Shown: positions 16,345 through 25,311 of the stretch, piece after piece
How positions within the stretch are numbered: the first letter of the stretch is position 1
Layout: each line of letters starts with the position of its first letter
IMG/VR virus record: IMGVR_UViG_3300032087_002889
Span: 1 to 26,874 of that record
DNA length: 26,874 bases
Reading direction: 5' to 3' (one strand)
DNA from: a virus
Taxonomy: Duplodnaviria > Caudoviricetes
Position numbers and translations under genes: made by a program
Notes under the pieces: generated by a model
What the model saw: only the letters and a program-made list of their open reading frames with translations
Told to the model about the DNA's origin: nothing
Database searches by the model: none

Positions 16345-16964
16345 ATGTATTAGAATTGTTTGCAGGTTCAAGATCACTTTCAAAAGTTGCAGAAAAATTA
16401 GGTCATAATACCTTTACATCTGATATTAATAACTTTGATAAGATTGATTATGTAACTAATATAATGGACTTCAACCCCAAGAAAGTACCATTTCAACCCG
16501 ACTTTATATGGGCATCTGTACCTTGCTATACATTTAGTGTAGCATCTATAGGTCATCATTGGAAAGGGGGCAACAGAAGTTATACACCTAAAACCTCAAG
16601 TGCATACATGGGATTAGCTATAGCCAAAAAAACTATAGAGATTATAAATCACTTCAATCCTAAGTATTATTATATTGAGAATCCTAGAGGACTATTAAGA
16701 AAGATGGAATTTATGCGAGGCTTACCTAGACATACTATATGGTATTGTCAGTACGGAGACGACAGAGCCAAGCCAACAGATTTGTGGACTAATGACAAGT
16801 CTTGGATTCCAAAGCCTGTATGTAAAAATGGAAACAAGGATTGCCACCACCAACCTGCACCAAGAGGTAGCAGAACAGGTACACAAGGTCTTAAGGGTAA
16901 TTATGAACGCAGTATAGTACCTAGAGACTTATGTTATGATATATTAAAAGATAAGGAGATATAA
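16341..16964 (+). CDS. Short C5-cytosine DNA methyltransferase-like protein
   Basis: Motif I LELFAGS, motif IV ASVPC, motif VI IENP. Confidence 0.85.
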   Translation: MNVLELFAGSRSLSKVAEKLGHNTFTSDINNFDKIDYVTNIMDFNPKKVPFQPDFIWASVPCYTFSVASIGHHWKGGNRSYTPKTSSAYMGLAIAKKTIEIINHFNPKYYYIENPRGLLRKMEFMRGLPRHTIWYCQYGDDRAKPTDLWTNDKSWIPKPVCKNGNKDCHHQPAPRGSRTGTQGLKGNYERSIVPRDLCYDILKDKEI

Positions 16965-17119
16965 TGACCAAGAGTAAAATACTAGCCGAGATTCAGAAAA
17001 TGATAATGGGTTTAGCAGAATCAGAGCGTAGAGATGTTTATAAATTCATATTTCACTTTATTGATAACATGGAAAGTTCAACGATAGATATATCAATTAA
17101 ACAATTTAAGAGGAGATAA
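16964..17119 (+). CDS. Small hypothetical protein
   Basis: Not in the ORF track; 51 aa; AGGAG RBS. Confidence 0.65.
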   Translation: MTKSKILAEIQKMIMGLAESERRDVYKFIFHFIDNMESSTIDISIKQFKRR

Positions 17120-17120
17120 T

Positions 17121-17276
17121 ATGGATAATGAAGATATTATTGAAAGATTAAGGGAGATAGAATATTTAGTAAATTATATGCTATCTAAAGATGAGAATAC
17201 AAAACTTTCTGATATTGAATATTATATTGACACTATCAGTTATGAAATTGAAAAACTAAGATTGGAGTTAAAATGA
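17121..17276 (+). CDS. Small helical hypothetical protein
   Basis: Not in the ORF track; 51 aa; GAGGAG RBS. Confidence 0.65.
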   Translation: MDNEDIIERLREIEYLVNYMLSKDENTKLSDIEYYIDTISYEIEKLRLELK

Positions 17277-17569
17277 AAATGCCTAGAGTTTATATTAAGG
17301 ATTATGTTTTAATAAAATATGAAAAGGAATCTAGTAAACTTAGAATGTCTGGTGGCAGTTGGACAATTAATGTAGAAAAATTTCCACTTGCAAAGTATCA
17401 TACTATTCGTTATATTACAAGGCAGTATGTCTACGATATAGATACAGAAGATGCACTTTCTAATGGTTTTTTTAAAAATCTAGGTGGTGAAAAGAAATTA
17501 GTCGTACCTATTAAACATTGGAGAAGAATAGAATATGCCCTATCCCTTTATAAAAAACATATTGCCTAA
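17273..17569 (+). CDS. Hypothetical protein
   Basis: 98 aa; GGAG RBS; ATGA coupling. Confidence 0.7.
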   Translation: MKMPRVYIKDYVLIKYEKESSKLRMSGGSWTINVEKFPLAKYHTIRYITRQYVYDIDTEDALSNGFFKNLGGEKKLVVPIKHWRRIEYALSLYKKHIA

Positions 17570-17583
17570 ACATAAGGAGAATA

Positions 17584-17802
17584 ATGATGTTAAGGATGAA
17601 CCGAGAAAAAAATACAATAAAGACATCCGTAAAAAATTATTGTGCAAATTATGATGCAGGTTATAAATGCAGTGGTGTTATGATTGATAAAGACCTCAAG
17701 CAGTATATTGATGAGGATTATTATAATAAACCATGCAAGATCGCTAACGGAGAAGAGTGCCAATATTATGATAATATAGTAAGAAAAACAGCAGGTTTCT
17801 AA
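17584..17802 (+). CDS. Cys-rich protein (cysteine-rich VLP-like)
   Basis: VKNYCANYD...C...C...CQYY pattern. Confidence 0.6.
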   Translation: MMLRMNREKNTIKTSVKNYCANYDAGYKCSGVMIDKDLKQYIDEDYYNKPCKIANGEECQYYDNIVRKTAGF

Positions 17803-17812
17803 AGGAGGAAAA

Positions 17813-18592
17813 ATGATTAATGGTTATTTTGGCATATTGCCAACCAATATAAGACATAATAAAAATCTCAAACCACTATCTAAATTATTGTTTTGTGAAA
17901 TAACAGCAAGTTTAGAAGATGATGGTATATGTGTAAAAAGAAATATATACTTTAGTAAAATAATGGATATATCAAAAGTATATGTATCAAGATGTCTAAA
18001 AGAACTTAGAGATAATGGTTATATTCATGTTGAAATTGAACTTGAAGAAGGCACTCAAAGGTTTATAAAAAGATACATTACCCCTATACCCACAGGTAAT
18101 GGGGTAAACCCAATTACAAGCCATACCCATTTACCTGTAGTTAATGGGGTAGATAAATCTCACGAGGGAGAAAGTATGCCTACCCCTAGTACCACAGGTA
18201 AAACATTATTATATAATAATAATATAGATATATCTCATACCAATAAACAGGCATTAAATACCCCTATTAATAAATCTATAAACTCAGAGCAATTAAAATA
18301 CATTAAGGAAGTTGTGAATAGTTTTTATAATATACAAAGCAGTAGGTTTCCACATTTGTATCCTAATTGGAAAGAGGATGGTAATTTAATAAATGAATCA
18401 ATTAATTCTATTTATGATTTAATAAGGTTAGATAAGGTAGATTATAAACTAATTAAGAAAGTTATATCTTGGGCATTACAAGATAGATTTTGGCATAAGA
18501 ATGTTTTATCATTAAGAAAATTAAGAACAAAATCAGAGAATGGTTTTACCAAGTGGAATAATCTATTAACTAAATATAGGAGTCAAGCATAA
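17813..18592 (+). CDS. Phage replication initiator (N-terminal winged HTH)
   Basis: YFGILPTNIRHNKNLKPLSKLLFCEI...VSRCLKELRDNGYI; Pro/Thr-rich linker; C-terminal VISWALQDRFWHKNVLSLRKLR; precedes the helicase. Confidence 0.8.
   Translation: MINGYFGILPTNIRHNKNLKPLSKLLFCEITASLEDDGICVKRNIYFSKIMDISKVYVSRCLKELRDNGYIHVEIELEEGTQRFIKRYITPIPTGNGVNPITSHTHLPVVNGVDKSHEGESMPTPSTTGKTLLYNNNIDISHTNKQALNTPINKSINSEQLKYIKEVVNSFYNIQSSRFPHLYPNWKEDGNLINESINSIYDLIRLDKVDYKLIKKVISWALQDRFWHKNVLSLRKLRTKSENGFTKWNNLLTKYRSQA
18079..18240. repeat. Iteron cluster plus AT-rich tract (putative replication origin)
   Basis: TACCCC-N7-ACAGGTAA at 18079 (+), 18151 (-) and 18181 (+), followed by an AT-rich run at 18202-18240. Confidence 0.7.
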
Positions 18593-20274
18593 TGACCTTT
18601 GAGGAGAATGGAATATTTGTGAATGGCAGTGGGCAGGTAAAGACTACTTGTCCTAAATGTAGTAAAGGTAGGAAGAAATCATACGACACATGTCTTTCAG
18701 TAAATGTAGATGAAGGTGTATGGCATTGTCATCATTGTAGTTGGAAGGGATCACTAAAAGAAAAAGTTAAACATTTAACTTTACCACCTATTGAAAAACC
18801 TAACCCACCTAAGACAGAAATACCCGAAGAAGTTTACAAATGGTTTGAGGATAGATGTATAACTAGAGCAGTGGTTGATGCAGAGAAAATAGGTTATGAA
18901 AATAGATGGATACACTTTCCCTTTTATAAAGATGAAGAAGTAGTTAATATTAAATCACGGACAGCAGATAAGAGATTTAAACAATCTAAGAATGCTGAGA
19001 AGTGTTTTTATAGATTTGATTCTATGAAAGGTATGGAGACTATTATAATTACAGAAGGTGAAATGGATGCTTTATCACTTGTACAAGCTGGGTTTATGAA
19101 TGTTGTATCAGTACCTGATGGTGCTCCTGCAAGTGGCTCAAATCCAACAGATAAGAAGTTCAGCTACCTGTTGTCAGCAGAAGAGCATTTAATGAATGCA
19201 GAAACGATTATATTATGCACTGATTCAGATAGTGCAGGTAAGTTTCTTAGGGATGAGTTATCAAGAAGAATAGGTAGAGAGAAGTGCTTTAGGGTTACAT
19301 ATCCCGATGGATGCAAGGATATGAATGATGTACTTGTAAAGCATGGAGAAGATGAGGTGCAGAATATAGTATCTAATGCACATCCATATCCTATTGATGG
19401 TGTTATAATGGTGCAGGATATTGAAGATGATGCCATTGATTTATTATTAAAGCCTCAGCATAAGGGTTTATCTACAGGTTGGAGTGCTGTTGATCCTCAT
19501 TATTTGGTTAGCCCATCAGAGGTTACAGTGGTTACAGGTGTACCTAATATGGGTAAATCAGAGTGGATGGATGCGTTAATGATTAATATGATTCAATCCT
19601 ATGGTTGGAGATTTGGTATATTCTCAGCAGAGAATTTTCCAGTTGAACATCATTTACTTAAATTAGTAGGTAAATTTTCGGGTAAGGCATTTTGGGGAGA
19701 AGATAAATTAAATGAAGAGACAGCACGAGGCTCTATGAAGATACTCAATGACCATATTAAGTTTATAGGTACACAAGAGGACTCTGTAACTATTGAATCT
19801 ATAATGGAACAGGCTAAGATACTTAACTATAGATTTGGTCTAAATGGTCTTGTTATCGATCCATGGAACACGATTGAACATAAATATGGGGATGGAGAGA
19901 ACGAGACTTTATATATATCAAGAGTACTTTCACAGCTTAGTGCATTTGCTAAAGTAAATGAATTACATGTATGGTTAGTTGCACATCCAAGAAAAATGGA
20001 GAATGGTGTTGATAGAAAACCTGTTGTGCCTACTCCATATGATATAAGTGGTTCAGCTAATTGGTTTAATAAATGTGATAATGCAATTACTGTACATAGG
20101 CATAAAACAGATGAAGATGATTATGCAGGTATTCATGTTCATAAGATTAGGTTTCAATATAAAAATGGTAAACCTAATCAAGGTCATCCTGCAAAACTAA
20201 AATACAATTTGACTAATGGTAGGTATTATGAGTATTTTGAAGAAACCCAATTTAAAGAAAATCTTTTTGAGTAA
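18592..20274 (+). CDS. Primase-helicase (T7 gp4/Twinkle-like)
   Basis: Zn finger CPKC...CHHC, TOPRIM ITEGEMDALS...DSDSAG...KDMND, SF4 Walker A GVPNMGKS, LVIDPW, VAHPRK, DISGS. Confidence 0.95.
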   Translation: MTFEENGIFVNGSGQVKTTCPKCSKGRKKSYDTCLSVNVDEGVWHCHHCSWKGSLKEKVKHLTLPPIEKPNPPKTEIPEEVYKWFEDRCITRAVVDAEKIGYENRWIHFPFYKDEEVVNIKSRTADKRFKQSKNAEKCFYRFDSMKGMETIIITEGEMDALSLVQAGFMNVVSVPDGAPASGSNPTDKKFSYLLSAEEHLMNAETIILCTDSDSAGKFLRDELSRRIGREKCFRVTYPDGCKDMNDVLVKHGEDEVQNIVSNAHPYPIDGVIMVQDIEDDAIDLLLKPQHKGLSTGWSAVDPHYLVSPSEVTVVTGVPNMGKSEWMDALMINMIQSYGWRFGIFSAENFPVEHHLLKLVGKFSGKAFWGEDKLNEETARGSMKILNDHIKFIGTQEDSVTIESIMEQAKILNYRFGLNGLVIDPWNTIEHKYGDGENETLYISRVLSQLSAFAKVNELHVWLVAHPRKMENGVDRKPVVPTPYDISGSANWFNKCDNAITVHRHKTDEDDYAGIHVHKIRFQYKNGKPNQGHPAKLKYNLTNGRYYEYFEETQFKENLFE

Positions 20275-20455
20275 GACCTCAGTTGTAACTAATGATAGGT
20301 ACAGAAATCAAAATAAAGATAGACATCTGAGGCATATGCGTAATAGACTAGCAGAAGAGTTTGATGAGATTTGGATTAAATATAATAACAATAAAGCCAC
20401 ATATAGCCAATGGGAACAAGCATTGGATAAGTGGATAAGTTCGGAGTTAATATGA
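20228..20455 (+). CDS. Hypothetical protein
   Basis: ORF fills the gap between helicase and phosphoesterase; start uncertain (20216 or 20228). Confidence 0.55.
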   Translation: MSILKKPNLKKIFLSKTSVVTNDRYRNQNKDRHLRHMRNRLAEEFDEIWIKYNNNKATYSQWEQALDKWISSELI

Positions 20456-21216
20456 AAGTAAAACGATATATAGTAACACCCGATAAACATTTTCCTATGG
20501 CTGATATGAAGGCTATAAGTGTTGTTTGTCAAGCTATAGAGATTATAAAACCAGACGGATATATAGATTTAGGCGACACAGGCGAGTGGAGTTCCGTGAG
20601 TCATTGGCAGTGGAAAAAGAAGAAAAGACCACCACTAGAATATCAGATACCATTTGTTGATGAAGAGATTGCTCAAGTTAATAAAGGTATGGATATAATA
20701 GATGAATCACTAGATAAGGCTAATGTAAAAGAAAGACATTTTGTTGAAGGTAACCATGAAGATTGGCTTAATAGATTTGTAGAAGAAAACCCATACCTAG
20801 CTAAGAATTATAAAGTACCTAACGCTCTACGATTGAAAGAGCGTGGCTATAAGTATCATAGATTAGGTAAGATATTAAAGATTGGTAAGTTAAATTTTTA
20901 TCATGGACATCACTATGCAGGTATTCAACATACTAGAAATCACTTACTTAGAATGGGTGGTAATGTTATGTATGGTCATCATCACGATATACAGCAATCT
21001 AGCGTAACTCACATTGATGGTGTTAAGTCTGCATGGTCTATTGGATGCTTGAAAGATATGAGTGCAGAGGCTAATGAGTGGCTTGGTAACAGGGCACATA
21101 ATTGGCAACATGCTTTTGCCATAGTAGACTTTTATAATAATGGATTTTTTACTGTACATCTAGTTCAGATTGTAGATGGTAAAACTTCATTATGGGGAGA
21201 GTTAATTAAAGGTTGA
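20452..21216 (+). CDS. Calcineurin-like metallophosphoesterase
   Basis: PDKH, DLGD, GNHE, HGH, GHHH motifs; start moved to ATG 20452 after GGAG. Confidence 0.9.
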   Translation: MKVKRYIVTPDKHFPMADMKAISVVCQAIEIIKPDGYIDLGDTGEWSSVSHWQWKKKKRPPLEYQIPFVDEEIAQVNKGMDIIDESLDKANVKERHFVEGNHEDWLNRFVEENPYLAKNYKVPNALRLKERGYKYHRLGKILKIGKLNFYHGHHYAGIQHTRNHLLRMGGNVMYGHHHDIQQSSVTHIDGVKSAWSIGCLKDMSAEANEWLGNRAHNWQHAFAIVDFYNNGFFTVHLVQIVDGKTSLWGELIKG

Positions 21217-21247
21217 TTTATATCAAAGGAAAGGAGTAACTTCTGAT

Positions 21248-21385
21248 ATGAAAAGAGAGACAATAAGAGTTGAGTTCCCTGAAGATTACAGCAGTGAGGA
21301 GATCACTTTTGTAAGGAACAGACTATTCAAATTATTAGAGAGGCATTCATGCACTCTAAGAAAGATTTCAGAACATGAAGAGTGA
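21248..21385 (+). CDS. Small hypothetical protein
   Basis: Not in the ORF track; 45 aa; AAGGAG RBS. Confidence 0.55.
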   Translation: MKRETIRVEFPEDYSSEEITFVRNRLFKLLERHSCTLRKISEHEE

Positions 21386-21638
21386 TGCTATATATTACGC
21401 TACTATAGGTTGGGATGGTATTGATGAGTACACTCAAGGAGACAGAACGATTACTAGGATGAATATTACTGATTTGATTGAGGGTGTACAAGACTATCTT
21501 CATACTTTTGAATCAAGGCATCCCTATCTAGAATGTGCTAGTGTAGAGTATAGGGATGGTAGGAAAACTGTTGAATATAAAGATTTGACAGAAACAATAA
21601 AAAACACAATAAAGGAGAATAAAAAGAATGGAAAATAA
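21375..21638 (+). CDS. Hypothetical protein
   Basis: 87 aa, coupled to neighbours. Confidence 0.65.
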   Translation: MKSDAIYYATIGWDGIDEYTQGDRTITRMNITDLIEGVQDYLHTFESRHPYLECASVEYRDGRKTVEYKDLTETIKNTIKENKKNGK

Positions 21639-22143
21639 TACATTCAAATTAAACCCAACTGATGCTAATGTTGTAGAATTGCTTTACAATCAACCTAAAA
21701 CAGGTACTAATAACTATGGAGATTGGTTCTTGTATGGTGTGAGAAAAGATGGTGTAGAGACTAGCTTTTTTGCAACAGATGCACTGCATAAGAAGTTATC
21801 AGCTTATAGTCAAGGTGCAAAGTTAAGCATACAAAAAGAGGAGTATGCTCCTGGTAAATCAGCTTGGACAGTTAAGCCTTTAGAAGGTACAACTGCATCT
21901 GCTCCTACCACTACTACTACAAGAACAATAGATGAAAGGACTCACGACATACATAAGCAGGTATGTTTGAAGTTAGCTGTTGAGTTGTTTGGTACTAAGG
22001 AAGGTGATATACTTTCGGGTAAAGATGTGTCAATCATCGAAGCAAATACTTTGGCATTATTAGACATATTAGAGTACAGTGAAAAAGTTAAAGGTTTAAC
22101 TTCTTCTGATGATCCTGTAATCAATGATGATATGCCATTCTAA
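21628..22143 (+). CDS. Putative single-stranded DNA-binding protein
   Basis: Beta-rich aromatic N-domain, T-rich linker, acidic C-terminal tip DDMPF typical of SSBs. Confidence 0.65.
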   Translation: MENNTFKLNPTDANVVELLYNQPKTGTNNYGDWFLYGVRKDGVETSFFATDALHKKLSAYSQGAKLSIQKEEYAPGKSAWTVKPLEGTTASAPTTTTTRTIDERTHDIHKQVCLKLAVELFGTKEGDILSGKDVSIIEANTLALLDILEYSEKVKGLTSSDDPVINDDMPF

Positions 22144-22154
22144 TTAATCCCTCT

Positions 22155-22517
22155 GTGAAAAAATCATTATCAAAGAAACTAGACCATGCATGGGCAGACA
22201 AAATTAAAGAATATGGAATGTGTGAATACTGCCACAAGACTAAGCCTCTTAATGCTCATCATTTTTACTCAAGGTCTATCCGCTCTGTTCGCTGGGATAT
22301 TGATAATGGTTTTTGTCTCTGCGTTGGATGCCATGTGTTCTCCTCCAAATTCTCTGCCCATAAGACTCCTGCCGAGTTTGTTGAGTGGGCAATAGAAAAG
22401 CGTGGCATCCAATGGTACGAGACTTTAAAAGAAAGAAAGAACCAAGTAGTAAAATTTTTAGATAGCGATTATGAGGAGATTATAACTAAATTAAGGCAAA
22501 TAGATTTTGATTTTTAG
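22155..22517 (+). CDS. NinG-like HNH endonuclease
   Basis: CEYC...AHHFYSR...VRWDIDNGFCLCVGCH. Confidence 0.8.
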   Translation: MKKSLSKKLDHAWADKIKEYGMCEYCHKTKPLNAHHFYSRSIRSVRWDIDNGFCLCVGCHVFSSKFSAHKTPAEFVEWAIEKRGIQWYETLKERKNQVVKFLDSDYEEIITKLRQIDFDF

Positions 22518-22526
22518 GAGAATTAA

Positions 22527-22751
22527 ATGAAAGTAAAAAAGATTAAAGATAAGGTAATGAGCATTTGGAATCATACTGAAATGGAGATGGATGATTTATC
22601 AAAGGCTGGTATAAAGAAACACATCGATAAGATTAGTGATATAGTTAATGAACTTATTGGTGATATAGAAGAATTAAAAACTTGCTCAGTTTGTAGCTTT
22701 GAAGTCTGCGATACATGTGTAGATGGTATGGAGCAACAATATGGCGAGTAA
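22527..22751 (+). CDS. Small protein with CxxC-x4-CxxC
   Basis: CSVCSFEVCDTC; AGGAG RBS. Confidence 0.7.
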   Translation: MKVKKIKDKVMSIWNHTEMEMDDLSKAGIKKHIDKISDIVNELIGDIEELKTCSVCSFEVCDTCVDGMEQQYGE

Positions 22752-22753
22752 TA

Positions 22754-22930
22754 TTTGCCCCTATAAATTTCCTTTAACATTAGAAACTCATAGAAAGGAT
22801 TCTATGAGGTATGTATAGAAGAGATAATAAATGAATTGGCGTTCAGGGGCAAAAAACTTAACAAGAGGCAAGGGAGTGTGTATCCTTTCAGTTACTCATT
22901 CTTATTTCCATAGCATACTCCCTTCGCTTC
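22754..22930 (+). ncRNA. Structured intergenic RNA with two stem-closed domains; putative antisense sRNA
   Basis: Stem TTTGCCCCT/AGGGGCAAA (22754-62/22845-53) enclosing hairpin CTCATAGAA-agga-TTCTATGAG; second stem AAGGGAGTGTG/CATACTCCCTT (22870-80/22914-24) with a 33-nt pyrimidine-rich loop. Confidence 0.65.
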
Positions 22931-22952
22931 TAAAACAAAAAAGGAGAATAAA

Positions 22953-23069
22953 ATGATAGAGATAATGTTAATGTTTGTACTAGCATTAGTAGTTTATAAT
23001 AGTAGTTTATGGGAAAGTGGTGCTTGGGAAACCACTAAGTCTAGATGGGTATATTGGAGAGACAAATGA
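22953..23069 (+). CDS. Small membrane peptide, Trp-rich
   Basis: Not in the ORF track; 38 aa; AAGGAG RBS. Confidence 0.65.
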   Translation: MIEIMLMFVLALVVYNSSLWESGAWETTKSRWVYWRDK

Positions 23070-23269
23070 GTTATAAACTAAGAAGTACATCACTATCTAT
23101 GGTTAATATACCTAAAGATACTATAGAAGAGTTAGGTTGGAATATTAATGATGATGTCAATGTAATCATAGCAGAAGAGCATTATGGTGAATATAATCAG
23201 TTCACTCACAATACTATAACTATTGAAAGAGTGGAGGATTATAATAAATATATAGAGGAGGAAGAATGA
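23066..23269 (+). CDS. AbrB/SpoVT-like DNA-binding protein
   Basis: SMVNIPKDTIEELGWNINDDVNV swapped-hairpin motif; start moved to ATG 23066 after GGAG. Confidence 0.65.
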   Translation: MSYKLRSTSLSMVNIPKDTIEELGWNINDDVNVIIAEEHYGEYNQFTHNTITIERVEDYNKYIEEEE

Positions 23270-23382
23270 ATGAATACTTAAGTGATTGTTGTTATGCTCC
23301 ATTTATTGAACCTAATTATCCCGATACAGATATATGTTGTTCATGTTATGAGCATTCGGGATTAGCGGAGATTGAAGAATGA
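23266..23382 (+). CDS. Tiny Zn-binding protein
   Basis: Not in the ORF track; 38 aa SDCCYAP...CCSCYEH; GAGGAGG RBS. Confidence 0.65.
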   Translation: MNEYLSDCCYAPFIEPNYPDTDICCSCYEHSGLAEIEE

Positions 23383-23699
23383 ATGTACCAGACTTTATGA
23401 AATGGGCAGAGTCTATGCAAGAAGAAGAGAATAGGCTTATGCTTGTAAAAGGAGAAGAGTACACTGTTTCTAATGAAGATAAGTTTAAGAACTTTAAAAG
23501 CATTGGAGAGAGAATGGAGTTAAATGCAGAACATGTTGCTTTAATCTATTTACTAAAGCACATGGACTCTATTAGGAACTATGTTCTTAATGGTAAAGAG
23601 GCTTCAGAAGAACCTATAATCGGCAGGATACAGGATGCAAGAAACTATTTATTATTGTTGGGTGGAATAATTGCCGAAAGAAAAAACACGAAAACTTGA
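23379..23699 (+). CDS. All-alpha nucleotide pyrophosphohydrolase-like protein (Nmad1/DUF1599-like)
   Basis: KGEEY...FKNF...KH...EPIIGRIQDARNYLLL pattern. Confidence 0.6.
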   Translation: MNVPDFMKWAESMQEEENRLMLVKGEEYTVSNEDKFKNFKSIGERMELNAEHVALIYLLKHMDSIRNYVLNGKEASEEPIIGRIQDARNYLLLLGGIIAERKNTKT

Positions 23700-23919
23700 T
23701 TCTATACAATGGGTTATTGATGCACTTGATAGCCCTATAATAGAAAAGAGATCACGAGAGAACCATAAAACTGATGAGATTAGGGCAGATGAATCTTTAT
23801 TTTGGTGTCCTGAATGCAGAAGAAAATGGAATATATTTGAGGGCGAAATGTGGAGTAGTCCTGATATGAAACTATGGGATGAAAAGATATGTCTAGATTG
23901 CGATTCCCCTGCAAGATAG
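23671..23919 (+). CDS. Zinc-finger protein
   Basis: CPECRRKW...CLDC. Confidence 0.65.
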   Translation: MPKEKTRKLDSIQWVIDALDSPIIEKRSRENHKTDEIRADESLFWCPECRRKWNIFEGEMWSSPDMKLWDEKICLDCDSPAR

Positions 23920-24248
23920 AAAATGGTAGTTTGGTTCTCCTAAACAGGGCAGAGTTTGATAGTGCTATCCTTAACCTTTCGGGAGAGTATTATCTTGAAC
24001 TTCACGAAACTGGAGTTCGCTCTGCCCAACAGAACAATTATTACTGGAAGATTGTTGAAATAATAGCAGATGACTTAGGATATACAACTCAAGAAATGCA
24101 CTCAACAATCAAAGCACACTTCAATGTGCAAAGCACTAAAACCTTATCTACTAAAGAGTTTGCTACATTTATAGAGCGTATAATTAGATGGTGTGCTGTG
24201 GATCTAAACATAGTTATACCTGACACTAAAACTCTTCTTCGATCCTAA
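23889..24248 (+). CDS. NinB/YbcN-like recombination protein
   Basis: RSAQQNNYYW...MH...STKTLSTKEFATFIERI...IP. Confidence 0.7.
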   Translation: MSRLRFPCKIENGSLVLLNRAEFDSAILNLSGEYYLELHETGVRSAQQNNYYWKIVEIIADDLGYTTQEMHSTIKAHFNVQSTKTLSTKEFATFIERIIRWCAVDLNIVIPDTKTLLRS

Positions 24249-25293
24249 GAGACACATCAAACACATCAGGTGCTACCTGAGTCATTCCTAAATTATCTTG
24301 CCCAAATCTAGCAAATAAATAATCAGAGTAATCTGGACTATCTTTATCTTGAGTAAATATAAATGGTGTATGCCTACCATTTGTTTTATTCCATAAATCT
24401 TCTATAATTGCTTCATCAGTTGGTTGAAATTCATTATAGTTATTAGGCATTATATCAGTTGAATTTAGATAGCTAAATTTCATATCGTATGACATTCTAC
24501 CACCGTATGCACCAAAGCTATTATAATATGTGTGAAATGGGCTTTTATTGCTATCAGATACATTGCTTCTTCCATGATTGGTCATTGTAGAATATCTCTG
24601 ACCGCCTATTGATTCTTTAATATCAACCCCATCAAAATCAATACTTCTTCTTACTGATAAATCAGGACTTCTAGGCATATCATAATATTGACCAAGTAAT
24701 ACACATCCTATTTTTAAATTAGTTGATGCATCAAATGTTCCATCAGGATGCCCTACACTAGACTGCCCAACTGTTCCTTCAAACTGTATACCCCAGTATC
24801 TATGTGCAGACTCATCAAATGTAACAATAGTATGTCCTGTTCCCCATGATGATTCATCATCAGATGATGCTTTATTATTAAAAATCTCATGCGTTCCAAT
24901 AACGCTAGTTAAAGTCATATTGCCTTCTGTATCATCAGCACCAGCGTGATCAATTGCTTGTACTTCACTTAATGTATTTGAGGCACTGATTCTTACTTTT
25001 GCATCTGCGGGGTGCATATTATGATTTAATATTGCCACAAAATCTACTCTAAAACCTGATGTTTTTAAATCAAACCACAAATTTACTGTACCATCAGTAT
25101 CTCCTGTTGTATTAAACTCTACTTGATTTAAAGGCTTCATGTCATATAGCTCTGCTATATTATTTCCTGATACAACATCTATTTGATCTGTGCCTGTTGA
25201 GATGCCATAATGACCTCCAGCAGTATCTCTATTTTGTAAAAAATTTATATAATCTACATAAAATCTTGGTGTTCTAATGTTTAAATTTGCCAT
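24226..25293 (-). CDS. Putative tail/baseplate protein
   Basis: 355 aa, beta-rich, last gene of the leftward structural block. Confidence 0.6.
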   Translation of the reverse strand: MANLNIRTPRFYVDYINFLQNRDTAGGHYGISTGTDQIDVVSGNNIAELYDMKPLNQVEFNTTGDTDGTVNLWFDLKTSGFRVDFVAILNHNMHPADAKVRISASNTLSEVQAIDHAGADDTEGNMTLTSVIGTHEIFNNKASSDDESSWGTGHTIVTFDESAHRYWGIQFEGTVGQSSVGHPDGTFDASTNLKIGCVLLGQYYDMPRSPDLSVRRSIDFDGVDIKESIGGQRYSTMTNHGRSNVSDSNKSPFHTYYNSFGAYGGRMSYDMKFSYLNSTDIMPNNYNEFQPTDEAIIEDLWNKTNGRHTPFIFTQDKDSPDYSDYLFARFGQDNLGMTQVAPDVFDVSLRIEEEF

Positions 25294-25311
25294 AGTTAAG
25301 CCCTTAACTTT

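Noticed and set aside
22186-22395. Alternative-frame 69-aa ORF within the NinG-like gene
   Set aside because: Fully nested in a motif-bearing gene, with no RBS.
22754-22930. tRNA or simple intrinsic terminator reading of the structured intergenic region
   Set aside because: No cloverleaf or TTC arm; loops are too large and there is no U-tract on the + strand.
21278-23795. Other CTGANGA occurrences (~21278, ~22105, ~23771)
   Set aside because: No stem II followed by GAAA and no flanking stems.
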